Part shown: positions 9,749 to 20,686 of the stretch, piece after piece
How the letters are laid out: each line of letters starts with the position of its first letter
Numbering within the stretch: position 1 is the stretch's first letter
Source: Dehalococcoidia bacterium
GTDB taxonomy: Bacteria > Chloroflexota > Dehalococcoidia > UBA6926
Direction: 5' to 3'
NCBI GenBank assembly: GCA_963666115.2
Contig: CAXXET010000007.1
Location: 64,001 to 128,000, forward strand
DNA: 64,000 bases
Translations under genes and position numbers: made by a program
Notes under the pieces: model-generated
Seen by the model: only the letters and a program-made list of their open reading frames with translations
Told to the model about the DNA's origin: nothing
Databases searched by the model: none

Positions 9749-12235
9749 CTACTCCATCACCCGCAGGGTGGCGGGCAGATCCGCGCGGCGAAGCTTGCGC
9801 ATAGTCAGCAACGGCGCCAGCCCGACAGCGACAACACCCAGGATGACAACCGTCGCCACAGACATCGCCGAGAACGTGATGATGAGGCCCAGTTCCGGCG
9901 ATGTTCTCGGCAGCAGCACTTCCGTGATGTAGAGCAGCAGCCCAAAGCCGAGAACCGCCCCGACAACCGTCGCAAACGCCCCCAGGATCGCGCTCTCGAT
10001 GACAGCCATGCGCAGAACGGTTCGGTACGGCACGCCGAACGCTGCCATCGTCGCGTGCTCCCTGCGCCGCTCATCCATCGCGATGCTCGCCGTGTTGTAG
10101 GCGATCAGGATGGCCAGCAGCAGGGGCACGATCTGCATGAGTCGCATGACGCTGATGAACTGGTTCAGGAGCTCCTCCGTCAGGTTCGCCTCTTCCGCAA
10201 CGGTGGCAACGGACACGACGCCGCTTATTGGGAACAGCTCTTCCTTGATGTCCACCACCGCCGTTCCCGGGTGCGCCACTGCGGTGATGCGGTTGGTCAG
10301 GCCCCGGTACATTCAGCAGGTCCAAATGGCGGTTGTCCATGTAAACCGAGGTTCGCAGGTAATGGGGATGGATGGCGAGAACCGGCAGCGCAGTATCCCT
10401 TAAGGAGAAAGACGTAAGGCCCTCCCGAACCGGATGCGTAAGCACCACGGAATCGCCGACACCGACCCCAAGGTCCGCCGCCGCCTTCTTCGCCAGGACC
10501 ATGCCCCGCGTTTCGGCATTGAGGGAGCCCTCAACGGCAGTGGGCGCCCATATCTCGCTGCCGAAGTCCATGAACCTGAGAAGCACGTCGAACTCCTCAT
10601 CTGTATCCGGGGCTGAGAGGGATGAGAAGACACGCAGCCCGGGTTCGATCATGGCTATCGTCTCGGCGCTGCGGATTTCCTCAACCACCGTCGAATCGAC
10701 AGGCACAGGCAGAACGAGATCGACTTCCAGGCGGTCCGCCGATGTGCTCAGCGCTTCATCTCGGCCTTGCCGCAGTGTCTCCAAATAGGAATCGAGCACT
10801 CCGACCAGCAAGACGGTGACGGCAACAGCTGCGGCAATTCCCATGATGGTCAGGAAAGCGCGGCGCGGCGCGCGCGCCACGTTCCTGAACGGCAGCTGCG
10901 CGAACGTGCTGCCCGGCGCCGGCAGGCGCGACATGATCGGGGCCAGTCCGCCTGCCGCGCGCCGCCAGGTGGCCCGTGCGGATCGCGTCGATTGGATTGA
11001 CGCCAACTGCTCGCCACACCGGATAGGCGACGGCGACGAACAGGACGAGCAGCCCCACGAGCGTCACCGTGCCAAAAATCGCGAACTGGAACGGCGACAG
11101 CCAGATCGGCAGGGGCATGAACTCGTTGAGCACTCCCTTCAGCATCTGGGCAAGAAGCCAGCCAACGATGAGGCCAAAAAATAATGCCGGCGACGGCGAT
11201 TTGCCCGCCCACGATGAACGGCCTGAGAGCGATCTGCCTGGGCGTGACACCCAACGCCATCGCGACGCCGATCTCCCGTCGCTGGGTCTCGACCATCCGT
11301 GACGTGAGGTTGAACGCGGCAAAGACCGCCCCGATGAAGAGGGCAAAGGCGATGATGTTGGTCGTCTGCTGATCGCTCTCCACGTCCTCCGTGATCGCGC
11401 GGTAGGCCGGATCGTCCATGTCTTCCGCCACGTGGAACCCGACACGGGGCAGCGCGCCGCCAATGGCCTGCTCCAGTTCGCCGATGATGCGGTCGCGGGA
11501 GGCGTCATCGCTGATGCGGATCAGGGCCTCGTCTACCACCCCGGGACGGTCGGCAATGTCCTGGACGGTTTCGAGGGAGGCGAACACGACGGCGTAGCTG
11601 GCATGGGCAAAGAACCCGCCGCCCTCCGTCAGCACGATGAAATACTCCGGCGCCAGGACGTGACCAACGTAGTTGACCGTGTGGCCGCCGGCAATGAGCG
11701 CCTCGCCCTGCGGCGGCAGGTTATACGCCAGAGCGAATTTGTGCTCCAGCAGCACGGTCAATTCGCCGGCGTCCGGCGGCCCCAGTTCGCGGCCCTCCGT
11801 CAGATGCAGGCGATTGACGGAGATGCCGGCGGGGTCGCTAAAGTCCATTCCGATCAAGAGGCCGGGCACGAGCACGGTCTCGGTTCGCGTACTGCCGTCG
11901 TCTTCGTCTTCAACTTCGTATGCGGCCTTGACTTGGGTTGGAACGGACAAACGCTCCTCTACGCCCTCGATGACGCTCGCGGACGGGATAGATTGAATAG
12001 CCTCGGTCAACTGCCCCTGGGGAACGAAGCTGTTGTCGCTGAGGTCCACCCGCAGGTCGTACATGCGCGTGGCCTCGAAGCTGGCCTCGTTGGAGGCGAT
12101 GCGCCACGCCGTCATGCTGTTGAACGCGGCAAAGCTGCCGGTGCCAAGCCCGATGACCAGGGCGATGGTGACGACCTGGACCCAGCGCGCCCGCAGATCG
12201 CGCAGTGACCAGGTCAGCAGGAGGCGCGGCGTCAT
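9749..12235 (-). CDS. FtsX/MacB-type ABC transporter permease (two-repeat form), split by about 3 indels
   Basis: QRREIGVAMALG and ERRREHATMAAFG FtsX motifs; consecutive ORF fragments 10850-12235, 10756-11508, 10071-11006, 9749-10312. Confidence 0.82.
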
Positions 12236-12253
12236 CGGCGTGAGCTTTGGCGG

Positions 12254-12967
12254 CTACCAGCGGAGGTCGGAGATGGCGGCGCGTCCGCCCTCCGGCGGGC
12301 CGTCATGGACGATGCTGCCGCTGCTCAGCTCGATGACCCTGTCCGCCATGCGGGAGATTTCCCTGTTATGCGTGACAACAAGGACGGTCTTGCCCTCGCC
12401 GGATTGCCGCTGCAGGAGTTCCAATATCTGCGCGCCGGTCGTGAAATCCAGTTCGCCGGTCGGCTCGTCCGCAAGGACAACAGGATTGCCGGTGGCGAGG
12501 GCGCGGGCAATGGCGACGCGCTGCTGCTCGCCGCCGGAGAGTTCATGCGGGAAATGGGCAACACGCTCGCCCAAGCCGACGTCCGCGAGCACGTCGACGG
12601 CGCTGCGTCCATCACCGTTCCGCTTCTCGGCGGCGTCGATGCCAAACTGGACGTTCTCGCGGGCGGTGAGGCCGGGGAACAGGTTGAAGCTCTGGAAGAT
12701 GAAGCTGACCTTCGAGCGGCGATAGGCGAAGAGTTGGCCCTTTGACGCGCCGGTAACCTCCTGCCCGCCGACGGTGATGCTGCCCTCGGTCGGGGTATCC
12801 AACGCGCCGATCATGTTCAGCAGGGTGGTCTTGCCGCTGCCGGAGGGGCCCAAAACAACAACGAATTCGCCCTCGTTGATTGTCAGATCGACTTTCTCAA
12901 GGGCGGTGACGGTGATGGCGCCGATTTCGTAGCGCTTGGCAATCCCATTCAGTTCAATCACGGCCAT
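12254..12967 (-). CDS. ABC transporter ATP-binding protein (LolD/MacB-like)
   Basis: GPSGSGKT, LSGGEQQRVAIARAL, LADEPTG. Confidence 0.93.
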   Translation of the reverse strand: MAVIELNGIAKRYEIGAITVTALEKVDLTINEGEFVVVLGPSGSGKTTLLNMIGALDTPTEGSITVGGQEVTGASKGQLFAYRRSKVSFIFQSFNLFPGLTARENVQFGIDAAEKRNGDGRSAVDVLADVGLGERVAHFPHELSGGEQQRVAIARALATGNPVVLADEPTGELDFTTGAQILELLQRQSGEGKTVLVVTHNREISRMADRVIELSSGSIVHDGPPEGGRAAISDLRW

Positions 12968-13039
12968 ATCCTCGTGTGCTTGCAGCTTGCCGCATTATAC
13001 CGCCGTTCGCCGCCACGACAGGCCGCGCGGAGCCGGGGC

Positions 13040-13089
13040 TTGCATTATGAAACGCACGTGCTATTCTATATGGTATAGAACACACGTGC
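13040..13089 (+). promoter_or_regulatory. Sigma70-type promoter overlapped by two LexA (GAAC-N4-GTTC)-like boxes
   Basis: TTGCAT-N16-(TGn)TATTCT; AAAC-GCAC-GTGC at 13050 and GAAC-ACAC-GTGC at 13078. Confidence 0.5.
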
Positions 13090-13110
13090 GGTACATGAAG
13101 GGAGGCAACG

Positions 13111-13281
13111 ATGACCACCACCGCAGCAGTTCAGCCACGCGATGCAGCGCCCGCGAGCGGAGCGGCCCCAAAGAACCCGGTTGTGTACGGCCCGGCGCGC
13201 TACCGGCGCGAGGTCCGGTGGGGCCTGCGGCCCACCCCGTCCCCGGCGGAGCGCCGCCAAATGAGGCCGCGCCTGCGTTGA
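13111..13281 (+). CDS. 56-aa basic small protein (not in ORF track)
   Basis: SD AAGGGAGG 13098-13105; MTTTAAVQPRDAAPASGAAPKNPVVYGPARYRREVRWGLRPTPSPAERRQMRPRLR*. Confidence 0.55.
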   Translation: MTTTAAVQPRDAAPASGAAPKNPVVYGPARYRREVRWGLRPTPSPAERRQMRPRLR

Positions 13282-13340
13282 CAGGCTGACCGCGACTTGC
13301 CATTCTGCCAATAGCGTCATGATGGGCGCGGGAGGTAGAT

Positions 13341-14210
13341 GTGACAACTGCATCGCAAGGCGCTGTCCAGGTAGTGACAGACAGCACGTCCGACATCCGG
13401 CAGGAGGACGCGGCAGGAGCAGGACTGACCGTTGTCCCCGCGTACGTCTTCTTCGGCGATCAGGAGTTCCGTGACGGCGTGAATCTCAGCAGTTCAGAGT
13501 TCTATCGACGCCTCCAACAGAAGTCGATTACGCCCAAGACGGCGCAGCCCTCGCCGCAGGACTTCGCGGACGCGTTCTCGCAGTTGGCGCCCAACGGCCC
13601 GATCCTTGCCCTCACGGTTTCCTCCAAGGTGAGCGGAACGTATAACTCGGCGCTCATCGCCCGCGACATGGTTCTCAAGGATCATCCGAACGCCGCCATT
13701 GAGGTGGTGGATTCCCTGCTGGCCTCAATGGGTCTGGGCATGGTGGCGCGCGCCACGGCGGAAAAGGCGCGCGAAGGCGTCGGCATCGAGGAACTCGCGG
13801 AGTGGGCGCGCGACACGGCGAGCAGGACGCGCATCTTCTTCGCGGTGGATACGCTGGAGTATCTTGCGCGGGGCGGCCGGATCGGCCAGGCGCAGCGATT
13901 CCTCGGCGGCCTGTTGAGCATCAAGCCGGTGCTCGCGCTCCAGGACGGCGAGATTCATCCCATGGAGCGGGCGCGCTCACGCGCAAAGGCGCACGCCCTG
14001 TTGGAGTCGTATATCGCAGGCGCCGGACGGCCGGAGCAGCTCGCATTCGGAACCACAACGGATCACGACCGGGCGCGCGAACTGGCGGACCGGGCGCAGG
14101 AGCGCATACGGCTGGACGACGTGCCCGTCTACACCATCGGCACCGCGGTCGGCACGTACGTCGGGCCGGGCTGCATTGGCGTCGCGTTCACCGAGCGGCG
14201 CCCGGACTAA
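13341..14210 (+). CDS. DegV family protein (FakB-like)
   Basis: VVTDSTSD, KTAQPSP, SSKVSGTYNSA, TLEYLARGGRIG. Confidence 0.93.
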   Translation: MTTASQGAVQVVTDSTSDIRQEDAAGAGLTVVPAYVFFGDQEFRDGVNLSSSEFYRRLQQKSITPKTAQPSPQDFADAFSQLAPNGPILALTVSSKVSGTYNSALIARDMVLKDHPNAAIEVVDSLLASMGLGMVARATAEKAREGVGIEELAEWARDTASRTRIFFAVDTLEYLARGGRIGQAQRFLGGLLSIKPVLALQDGEIHPMERARSRAKAHALLESYIAGAGRPEQLAFGTTTDHDRARELADRAQERIRLDDVPVYTIGTAVGTYVGPGCIGVAFTERRPD

Positions 14211-14223
14211 CGGGAATCGAACA

Positions 14224-16836
14224 ATGACCCAGGGCCGCATGCCTGACGGCCCCCCGCGAAAGCCGCCAACCGAGCCGCCGTCCACGGCGGCGCAGGATGA
14301 TCGCGTGGCGCGCAAGGTGGAGACCATCCGCCACGTGCTGCGGCTGGAACGCGACCAGAACCACGCGAACCGCGCCGTCATTGGCGGCCTGGACGCATTC
14401 CTTGAACGCTGGATTGAAGACCCGGACATCAAGCGGACGCTGGAAGACTCGGGCATCGGCCTGCCGGGTTATGAGGAACTGCCACCGGACGGCCGCGCCG
14501 CGTGGGTGCGAGAAACGCTGCAACGACTCCCCGATTCCGCCGCGCCGCCCAGCGTCGAACGCCGCCAGCAGGCCCCGCCGCGCATGGACGTGCCGCCCGA
14601 CCCGGGGTGGAATCGGATTGAAGAAGTTGCAACCACTCGCTCCGGAGCGGATCATCGGTCCCCTGCTGAGAGGCTCGCGCCTCCCCCGCCAAAGAAGCGC
14701 GCGCCGCCCCGCCACAGCCCGAAAGCCACGCCCGTCACTTCCCTCGATGAGCCGCTGGGCGCGCCGTCTCGCATGAAAGCTGGCCTCCGAAAGCTGGGGG
14801 TTGAGACGTATCGCGACGCGCTGTGGGCGTTCCCGCGGCGGTACGTGCCGGTCTCGCCGGTTGCCCACCTGGCCTACGGCGAACAGACGGCGCTTTCCGT
14901 GCGCGTGGAGAAGCAGAGCGGGGGCAACTTCACGGCGCGGCGGCAGGTGATACGGGTTGAGGCGGCGGTGAGCGACGCGACGGGGCAGTTAACCGCCGTG
15001 TGGTTCGGCAGCCCCTGGGTGGCCAGGAATCTCAAGAAAGGGTCGCGCCTGCTACTCATTGGGCGGCTTGGCGAGTACCGCAACCGCGCCCAATTTCACG
15101 TTGAGACGTATGAGCACCTGCGGACGGACGAGACCATGGCGGCAGGCGACCTGGTGCCCATCTACCGGCTCACCAAGGGCGTGTCGCAAAGCGGGATGAG
15201 GCGTCTCATCGGCCCGGCGACGGAACGCGCCCTGCCCCTCGTGGAGGAGTTCTTGCCGGATGACGTCATGCGGGCGGCGAGACTGCCCGGTCTGCGGGAT
15301 GCGCTGGGGCTGATCCACCACCCCGCAGACCTGTCGGACGATGAGCGGGCGCGGCGGCGGCTGGCGTTCGACGAACTCTTCTTGCTCCAACTTGGCCTGC
15401 TTGAGCGGCGCAGGCAGCAGCAGCGCGAACTCGGCGCGCCGATCCCGCGCAATAACGAGGCCGTGAGCAACGTGTTGAGCGCCCTGCCTTTCACTCTGAC
15501 GGCAGACCAGGAGCGCGTCATCGAGGAGATTCTCAACGATATCGGCGGCAGCGCGCCCATGATGCGGCTCCTCCAGGGCGATGTGGGCAGCGGCAAGACG
15601 GTTGTCGCAGCGCTGGCGCTCGTGACCGCAGCGGCAAACGGCTTTCAGGGCGCGTTGATGGCGCCGACGGAGGTGCTTGCGGAACAGCATTTTCGGACGC
15701 TCACCAGTGTTTTCAGCTACGGGCAGCGGGAGGCGAACGGCAACAACCCCATTCACGGGTTCAGCGGCATCCTGCCGGACAGGCCGCTCCGCATCGCGCG
15801 GTTGACGGGGAGCATGGCGGCGGGCGCAAAGGCGCAGCTCCATGAACTCATCGCGCGGGGCGACGTGGACATCGTCATCGGCACCCACGCCCTCATCCAG
15901 GAGGGTGTCGCGTTCAACAACCTAGGCCTTGCCGTGGTGGATGAGCAGCACCGTTTCGGCGTCGAACAGCGGGCCTCGCTCCGCAACAAGGGGTTCGCCC
16001 CGCACCTGCTCGTGATGACCGCAACGCCCATTCCGCGAACGATGGCGCTTGCCGTCTACGGCGATTTGGACGTTTCGACGATCCATGAGATGCCGCCGGG
16101 CAGGCCGCCCATCAGGACCGCCATCGTCCCGCCGCATGAGCGCGAGCGGGCATACGGATTCATCCGCAAGGAGGCGGGAGAGGGCCGCCAATCGTTCATC
16201 ATCTGCCCGCTTGTGGAGGAGTCCGAGGCCGTCGCCGCCAAGGCCGCCGTGGCAGAGCATGAGCGCCTTTCACGGGAGGTTTTCCCCGATCTGAACATCG
16301 GGCTGCTGCACGGCAGAATGCGCCCTAAAGAGAAGGAGCGCGTCATGGAGGAACTGCATGGCGGCGGGATTGACGTGCTCGTCTCGACGGCGGTCGTTGA
16401 GGTGGGCATCGACGTGCCGAACGCAACTGTGATGATGATAGACGGCGCAGACCGCTTCGGCCTATCGCAGCTACACCAGTACCGGGGCCGTGTAGGGCGC
16501 GGCACGGAGCGGAGCTACTGCATCCTCGTGTCGGAGTCGGATACAGAGGAGGTCAACAAGCGGCTGGCGGTGATGGAGGAGACGAGCGACGGATTCAGGG
16601 TGGCGGAGGCCGACCTGAAGCTGCGCGGCCCGGGGGAACTGCTCGGCACGCGGCAGAGCGGCCTGCCGGACCTGCAGGTCGCCACGTTCGATGATCTGGC
16701 GCTCATCGAGGAGGCGCGTGGTCATGCGCTTGCCATTGCCAAGGACGACCCGGAGCTTGCGGCGGGCGCGCACGCGCCCCTGCGCGAGCAATTGCGGCGA
16801 TTCTGGGACCGGGCAAGCGACGTTGACGGCGGCTAG
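14224..16836 (+). CDS. recG: ATP-dependent DNA helicase RecG
   Basis: RLLQGDVGSGKT, DEQHRFGV, MTATPIPR, QLHQYRGRVGRG, DLKLRGPGE. Confidence 0.96.
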   Translation: MTQGRMPDGPPRKPPTEPPSTAAQDDRVARKVETIRHVLRLERDQNHANRAVIGGLDAFLERWIEDPDIKRTLEDSGIGLPGYEELPPDGRAAWVRETLQRLPDSAAPPSVERRQQAPPRMDVPPDPGWNRIEEVATTRSGADHRSPAERLAPPPPKKRAPPRHSPKATPVTSLDEPLGAPSRMKAGLRKLGVETYRDALWAFPRRYVPVSPVAHLAYGEQTALSVRVEKQSGGNFTARRQVIRVEAAVSDATGQLTAVWFGSPWVARNLKKGSRLLLIGRLGEYRNRAQFHVETYEHLRTDETMAAGDLVPIYRLTKGVSQSGMRRLIGPATERALPLVEEFLPDDVMRAARLPGLRDALGLIHHPADLSDDERARRRLAFDELFLLQLGLLERRRQQQRELGAPIPRNNEAVSNVLSALPFTLTADQERVIEEILNDIGGSAPMMRLLQGDVGSGKTVVAALALVTAAANGFQGALMAPTEVLAEQHFRTLTSVFSYGQREANGNNPIHGFSGILPDRPLRIARLTGSMAAGAKAQLHELIARGDVDIVIGTHALIQEGVAFNNLGLAVVDEQHRFGVEQRASLRNKGFAPHLLVMTATPIPRTMALAVYGDLDVSTIHEMPPGRPPIRTAIVPPHERERAYGFIRKEAGEGRQSFIICPLVEESEAVAAKAAVAEHERLSREVFPDLNIGLLHGRMRPKEKERVMEELHGGGIDVLVSTAVVEVGIDVPNATVMMIDGADRFGLSQLHQYRGRVGRGTERSYCILVSESDTEEVNKRLAVMEETSDGFRVAEADLKLRGPGELLGTRQSGLPDLQVATFDDLALIEEARGHALAIAKDDPELAAGAHAPLREQLRRFWDRASDVDGG

Positions 16837-16856
16837 ATGGCATACTTGAAGTTCCC

Positions 16857-18521
16857 ATGATCAAGGACACGATTGCCGACATGCTCTCCGAGGCGCTGCG
16901 CCGCGCGCAGGCCGACGGCGCGCTGCCCGCCCTGGAGCGCCTGGACCCCGCCGTTGAGCGGCCCCAAAACCAGGAGCACGGCGACTACGCCTCCAGCCTG
17001 CCGCTCAAGATGGCGCGGTCGGCGCGGATGCCCCCGCTGGCCATCGCGGAAATCCTGCGGGAGCGCCTGCCGGAGCAAGAGGAGGTCGCGTCCGTCACCG
17101 TCGCGCCGCCCGGCTTCGTCAATTTCGGCCTGGACAGCCGCTGGATCATGCGGCAGGTGGGGACGATTCTCGCCGAGGGAGACCGCTTCGGACACGGGAG
17201 CAGCGGGGCAGGCGTCACCGCGCAGGTCGAGTTCGTCAGCGTGAACCCCACGGGCCCCGTCCACGTCGGCCACGGGCGCGGCGCGGTACAGGGCAGCGCC
17301 GTCGCCAACATCCTGGAGGCATCCGGCTACACCGTGCAGCGCGAATACTACGTGAACGACGCCGGCAGCCAGATGGACAATTTCTTCGAGTCGCTGCACG
17401 CGCGGTATCTGCAGGCGCTTGGCAGGGACGCGGAGTTCCCGACCGAGGGCTACCACGGCGCCTATCTCGTGGAACTCGGCCAGGAGTTGGCGTCCGAGCA
17501 CGGCGATCAGTTCGCGGACAGCGAGGACGGCGCCCGCGAGCTCGGGGAAATCGGCATGGCGCGGATGATTGATTCAATCCGCGAAGACCTCGAACGCATC
17601 GACGTTCAATTCGACCGCTGGTTCAGCGAACGCTCCCTCTTTGCCGACGGAACCTATGAAAAGGCGCTCTCTGAAGTGTCAAACAACGGCTACACGGCTG
17701 AGCGCGAGGGCGCGGTGTGGTTCACCGGCACTGACCTGGGAGACGAGCGCGACAGCGTCCTCGTGCGGCAGACGGGCGCGCCAACGTATTTCGCCTCGGA
17801 CATCGCCTACCACTACGACAAGTTCCTGGGCCGCAGCTTTGACCGCGTCGTCAACGTATGGGGCGCGGACCACCAGGGACACGTCCCGCGCATGAAAGCC
17901 GTCGTCAAGGCGCTGGGCGTCGACCCGGACCGCCTGCAATTCATCCTCGTCCAGCTCGTCACCCTCAAGCGCGGCGATGAGGTCGTGCGGGTATCCAAGC
18001 GCACGGGCGACATCATCACGCTCGCGGAGGTCATCAGCGAGGTTGGCCCGGATGCCTGCCGCTACTTCTTCTTGGCGCGGTCGGCTGACTCGCAGATGGA
18101 TTTCGATCTCGAACTCGCCAAGAAAGAGGCGCCGGACAACCCCGTCTACTACATCCAGTACGCCTTTGCCCGCATCTCATCCATCCTCCGCAACGCGCGG
18201 CAGGACGGCATCGACCCGGACGATATGTCGCAGGACGCCGACTTCAACGCGCTCACGGAGGAGGCAGAACTCCGGCTAACGCGCTCCATGCTGCGCTTCC
18301 CCGAGGTGGTGGAACTGTCGGCGCGCACCCTGGAGCCGCACCACCTGCCGCACTACGCCTATGAACTCGCCACGGACTTTCATGATTTCTACACGAAACA
18401 CCGCGTGCTGGGCGAGGAGCCGCGCGTCACACTGGCGCGCCTTCGCCTCACGCAGGCGGCGGGAACGGTGCTCAGAAACGCCCTGACCCTAATGGGCATG
18501 ACTGCCCCGGAGCAGATGTAG
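16857..18521 (+). CDS. argS: Arginine--tRNA ligase
   Basis: EFVSVNPTGPVHVGHGR, WGADHQGH, VSKRTG, NPVYYIQYA, MTAPEQM. Confidence 0.97.
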   Translation: MIKDTIADMLSEALRRAQADGALPALERLDPAVERPQNQEHGDYASSLPLKMARSARMPPLAIAEILRERLPEQEEVASVTVAPPGFVNFGLDSRWIMRQVGTILAEGDRFGHGSSGAGVTAQVEFVSVNPTGPVHVGHGRGAVQGSAVANILEASGYTVQREYYVNDAGSQMDNFFESLHARYLQALGRDAEFPTEGYHGAYLVELGQELASEHGDQFADSEDGARELGEIGMARMIDSIREDLERIDVQFDRWFSERSLFADGTYEKALSEVSNNGYTAEREGAVWFTGTDLGDERDSVLVRQTGAPTYFASDIAYHYDKFLGRSFDRVVNVWGADHQGHVPRMKAVVKALGVDPDRLQFILVQLVTLKRGDEVVRVSKRTGDIITLAEVISEVGPDACRYFFLARSADSQMDFDLELAKKEAPDNPVYYIQYAFARISSILRNARQDGIDPDDMSQDADFNALTEEAELRLTRSMLRFPEVVELSARTLEPHHLPHYAYELATDFHDFYTKHRVLGEEPRVTLARLRLTQAAGTVLRNALTLMGMTAPEQM

Positions 18522-18546
18522 CCCCCCAACCGTGCATAACTAGGTA

Positions 18547-18575
18547 TTGACCCCTGACTGCAAGCGGTTCATTAT
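18547..18575 (+). promoter_or_regulatory. Putative sigma70 promoter
   Basis: TTGACC-N17-CATTAT upstream of the substrate-binding gene. Confidence 0.4.
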
Positions 18576-18629
18576 CGTCTAGTGCTAATAGTAGCTAATA
18601 GCCATGCAGATTGGGGAGGAGGCTGGCTA

Positions 18630-20396
18630 ATGACGAATCGGATAACATTCCTGTTGCTCGCGCTCGCGGCGGCAGCGTTCCTTGTGTTCGCCGCGGCGTG
18701 CGGAACAACGGCGGAGGACGACGAGCCTGACACGTCGGCAGACACGCCCGCCGAGGACACGTCCATGGACGACGACGCGGACGATGACATGGGCGGCGAC
18801 GTGATGACACATTCCATAAGCGGCGTGCCGGTTGATCCGAACGCGCGCTACGGCGGGAAGCTGATCATCGCGACGACGTCCGAAGGCCCGACGTTCAGCA
18901 ACTGGGAGGAGGCAGCCGGGAGCGCGCCGCATTACGGCCACCCGGTGGGCAACATGCTCGTCTCCAAGCAGGACTGGGGCAACAAGGAGAACTTCATCAA
19001 CGGGGACTACTGGACCATCGTTCCCGACCTTGCCAGCGACTGGGAGCAGGCGACGGACGGCCTGACGTGGACGTTCACCCTGCGTGACGGCATCCAATTC
19101 TCCGATGGCGTCCCCTTCACGTGCGCGGACATCGAGTTTGCGTATGACACGCTCCGCACGGGCGACGGGCTGCTCCGCAACCCGCGCTCCGCCCACTTCG
19201 CGTCCCTTACCGACACATCGTGCGCGGACGACCTGACGGCAGTCTTCCACCTGGAGCGCCCCAAGCCCTCGCTGCTTGAGGTGATCGGGCTGCCCTACCA
19301 CGTCGTCAAGCCCAGCCACCTCTATGCCGATGACATGAATCGGATGCGCGAGGAGCCGCCAATCGGGACCGGCCCGTTCGTTGTCGGAGACTGGATTCCC
19401 GGCGAGAAGATGGTCATGGAGCGCAAGACTGACTACTGGGATCAGCCGTTCCCGTACCTGGACTCCATTGAGATCCTGATTCTCAACAACCAGGCGCAGG
19501 TCGCCGGCCTCCGCTCCGGCCGCATCCACATCGGTGGCAGCGCGGGCGGATGGAACGGCGCCAATGCGAACACGCTGCTGCGCGAGTGCGACATCTGCCA
19601 GAAGTGGGCGTCCGCCGTCCACCCCGGCATGATGTTCTCCGTCATCCCGAACTTCAACCGCGAGCCGTGGAACACGCAGCCCGTGCGCGACGCCATTAGC
19701 CTGGCCATCGATCGCAACCGCCTCATCAAGCTCGGATACAACGACTGGATCGCCCCGGGAACCGGCGGCCCGTTCCTCCCCGGCAGCTACTTCGCGCTGC
19801 CTGAGGATCGGCTGAAGGCCATCACGGGCCACGATTACAGCGATCCCGCCGCGAACAAGGATCGCGCGCGCCAGATCCTGGCGGACGCCGGCTATGAGCC
19901 GGGCGAGCTGCAGGCCACGATGATCTACGCGCCGTTCTACGGGGTGTACGCGCCAACCGTGCTTGAGGACCTGAACGAGGTCGGAATCGCCGTCGAAAGC
20001 GGTGAGATGGAAACCGGCAACTACTACACCCGGATGAACGCCGGCGACTTCGACCTGGGCGGCCACGCGGGATGGATCGGCGGGTTTGACCCGGACTTCA
20101 TCCTGTATGAGTACTTCTACTCCGGTTCCGGCCGGAACTACGGGCAGTACTCCAACCCCGAGCTGGACGACCTGATCGACGCGCAGTCCGTGGAGCTCGA
20201 CCCTGAGCGGCGGCGCGAGTTGGCGTGGCAGGCGGGCGAGATCATCCTGCGCGACCAGGTTCGCACACTCGGCGGCTTCCAGTTGGCCATTCCCGTCTTC
20301 TCCGATCGGGTAGCAGGCGTGATGCCGACAGTCCCCTCACAGTCCTACGGCAACTTCTACCGCCACGCCCACACGTACCTGCTGGAGGACGAGTAG
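18630..20396 (+). CDS. ABC substrate-binding lipoprotein, family 5 (peptide/nickel)
   Basis: Lipobox FAAAC, PDLASDW...TWTFTLRDG, PIGTGPF, VRDAISLAIDR. Confidence 0.9.
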   Translation: MTNRITFLLLALAAAAFLVFAAACGTTAEDDEPDTSADTPAEDTSMDDDADDDMGGDVMTHSISGVPVDPNARYGGKLIIATTSEGPTFSNWEEAAGSAPHYGHPVGNMLVSKQDWGNKENFINGDYWTIVPDLASDWEQATDGLTWTFTLRDGIQFSDGVPFTCADIEFAYDTLRTGDGLLRNPRSAHFASLTDTSCADDLTAVFHLERPKPSLLEVIGLPYHVVKPSHLYADDMNRMREEPPIGTGPFVVGDWIPGEKMVMERKTDYWDQPFPYLDSIEILILNNQAQVAGLRSGRIHIGGSAGGWNGANANTLLRECDICQKWASAVHPGMMFSVIPNFNREPWNTQPVRDAISLAIDRNRLIKLGYNDWIAPGTGGPFLPGSYFALPEDRLKAITGHDYSDPAANKDRARQILADAGYEPGELQATMIYAPFYGVYAPTVLEDLNEVGIAVESGEMETGNYYTRMNAGDFDLGGHAGWIGGFDPDFILYEYFYSGSGRNYGQYSNPELDDLIDAQSVELDPERRRELAWQAGEIILRDQVRTLGGFQLAIPVFSDRVAGVMPTVPSQSYGNFYRHAHTYLLEDE

Positions 20397-20427
20397 GCAG
20401 GCCTGACGGGCTAACCAAGCCACAATC

Positions 20428-20460
20428 AGGGGGCGGATTCCGCAAGGGAATCCGCCCCCT
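20428..20460 (+). terminator. Strong hairpin after the substrate-binding gene
   Basis: AGGGGGCGGATTCC-GCAAG-GGAATCCGCCCCCT. Confidence 0.65.
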
Positions 20461-20486
20461 CTCCGTCACCCCCGCGCTCCCCATTC

Positions 20487-20511
20487 CGTCATTCCCGCGC
20501 ACGCGGGAACC
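20487..20511. repeat. CGTC-type REP-like palindrome
   Basis: CGTCATTCCCGCGCACGCGGGAACC. Confidence 0.7.
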
Positions 20512-20546
20512 CCGCCCCGCCCCTTTCGGAGTAGGATAGATACAGA

Positions 20547-20623
20547 GCGCCCGTAGCTCAGCGGAACAGAGCATCGGTCTTCGGAACCGAGGGTCGCGGG
20601 TTCGAATCCTGCCGGGCGCGCCA
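20547..20623 (+). tRNA. tRNA-Arg(UCG)
   Basis: GCGCCCG acceptor stem, anticodon arm TCGGT-CTTCGGA-ACCGA, GGTTCGAATCC, 3' CCA. Confidence 0.95.
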
Positions 20624-20686
20624 GTATCCTGCCCTCACAGATACACCGGCGATCAGGCCACCGAGCGGATGGGGAGGAAAGGTCAA

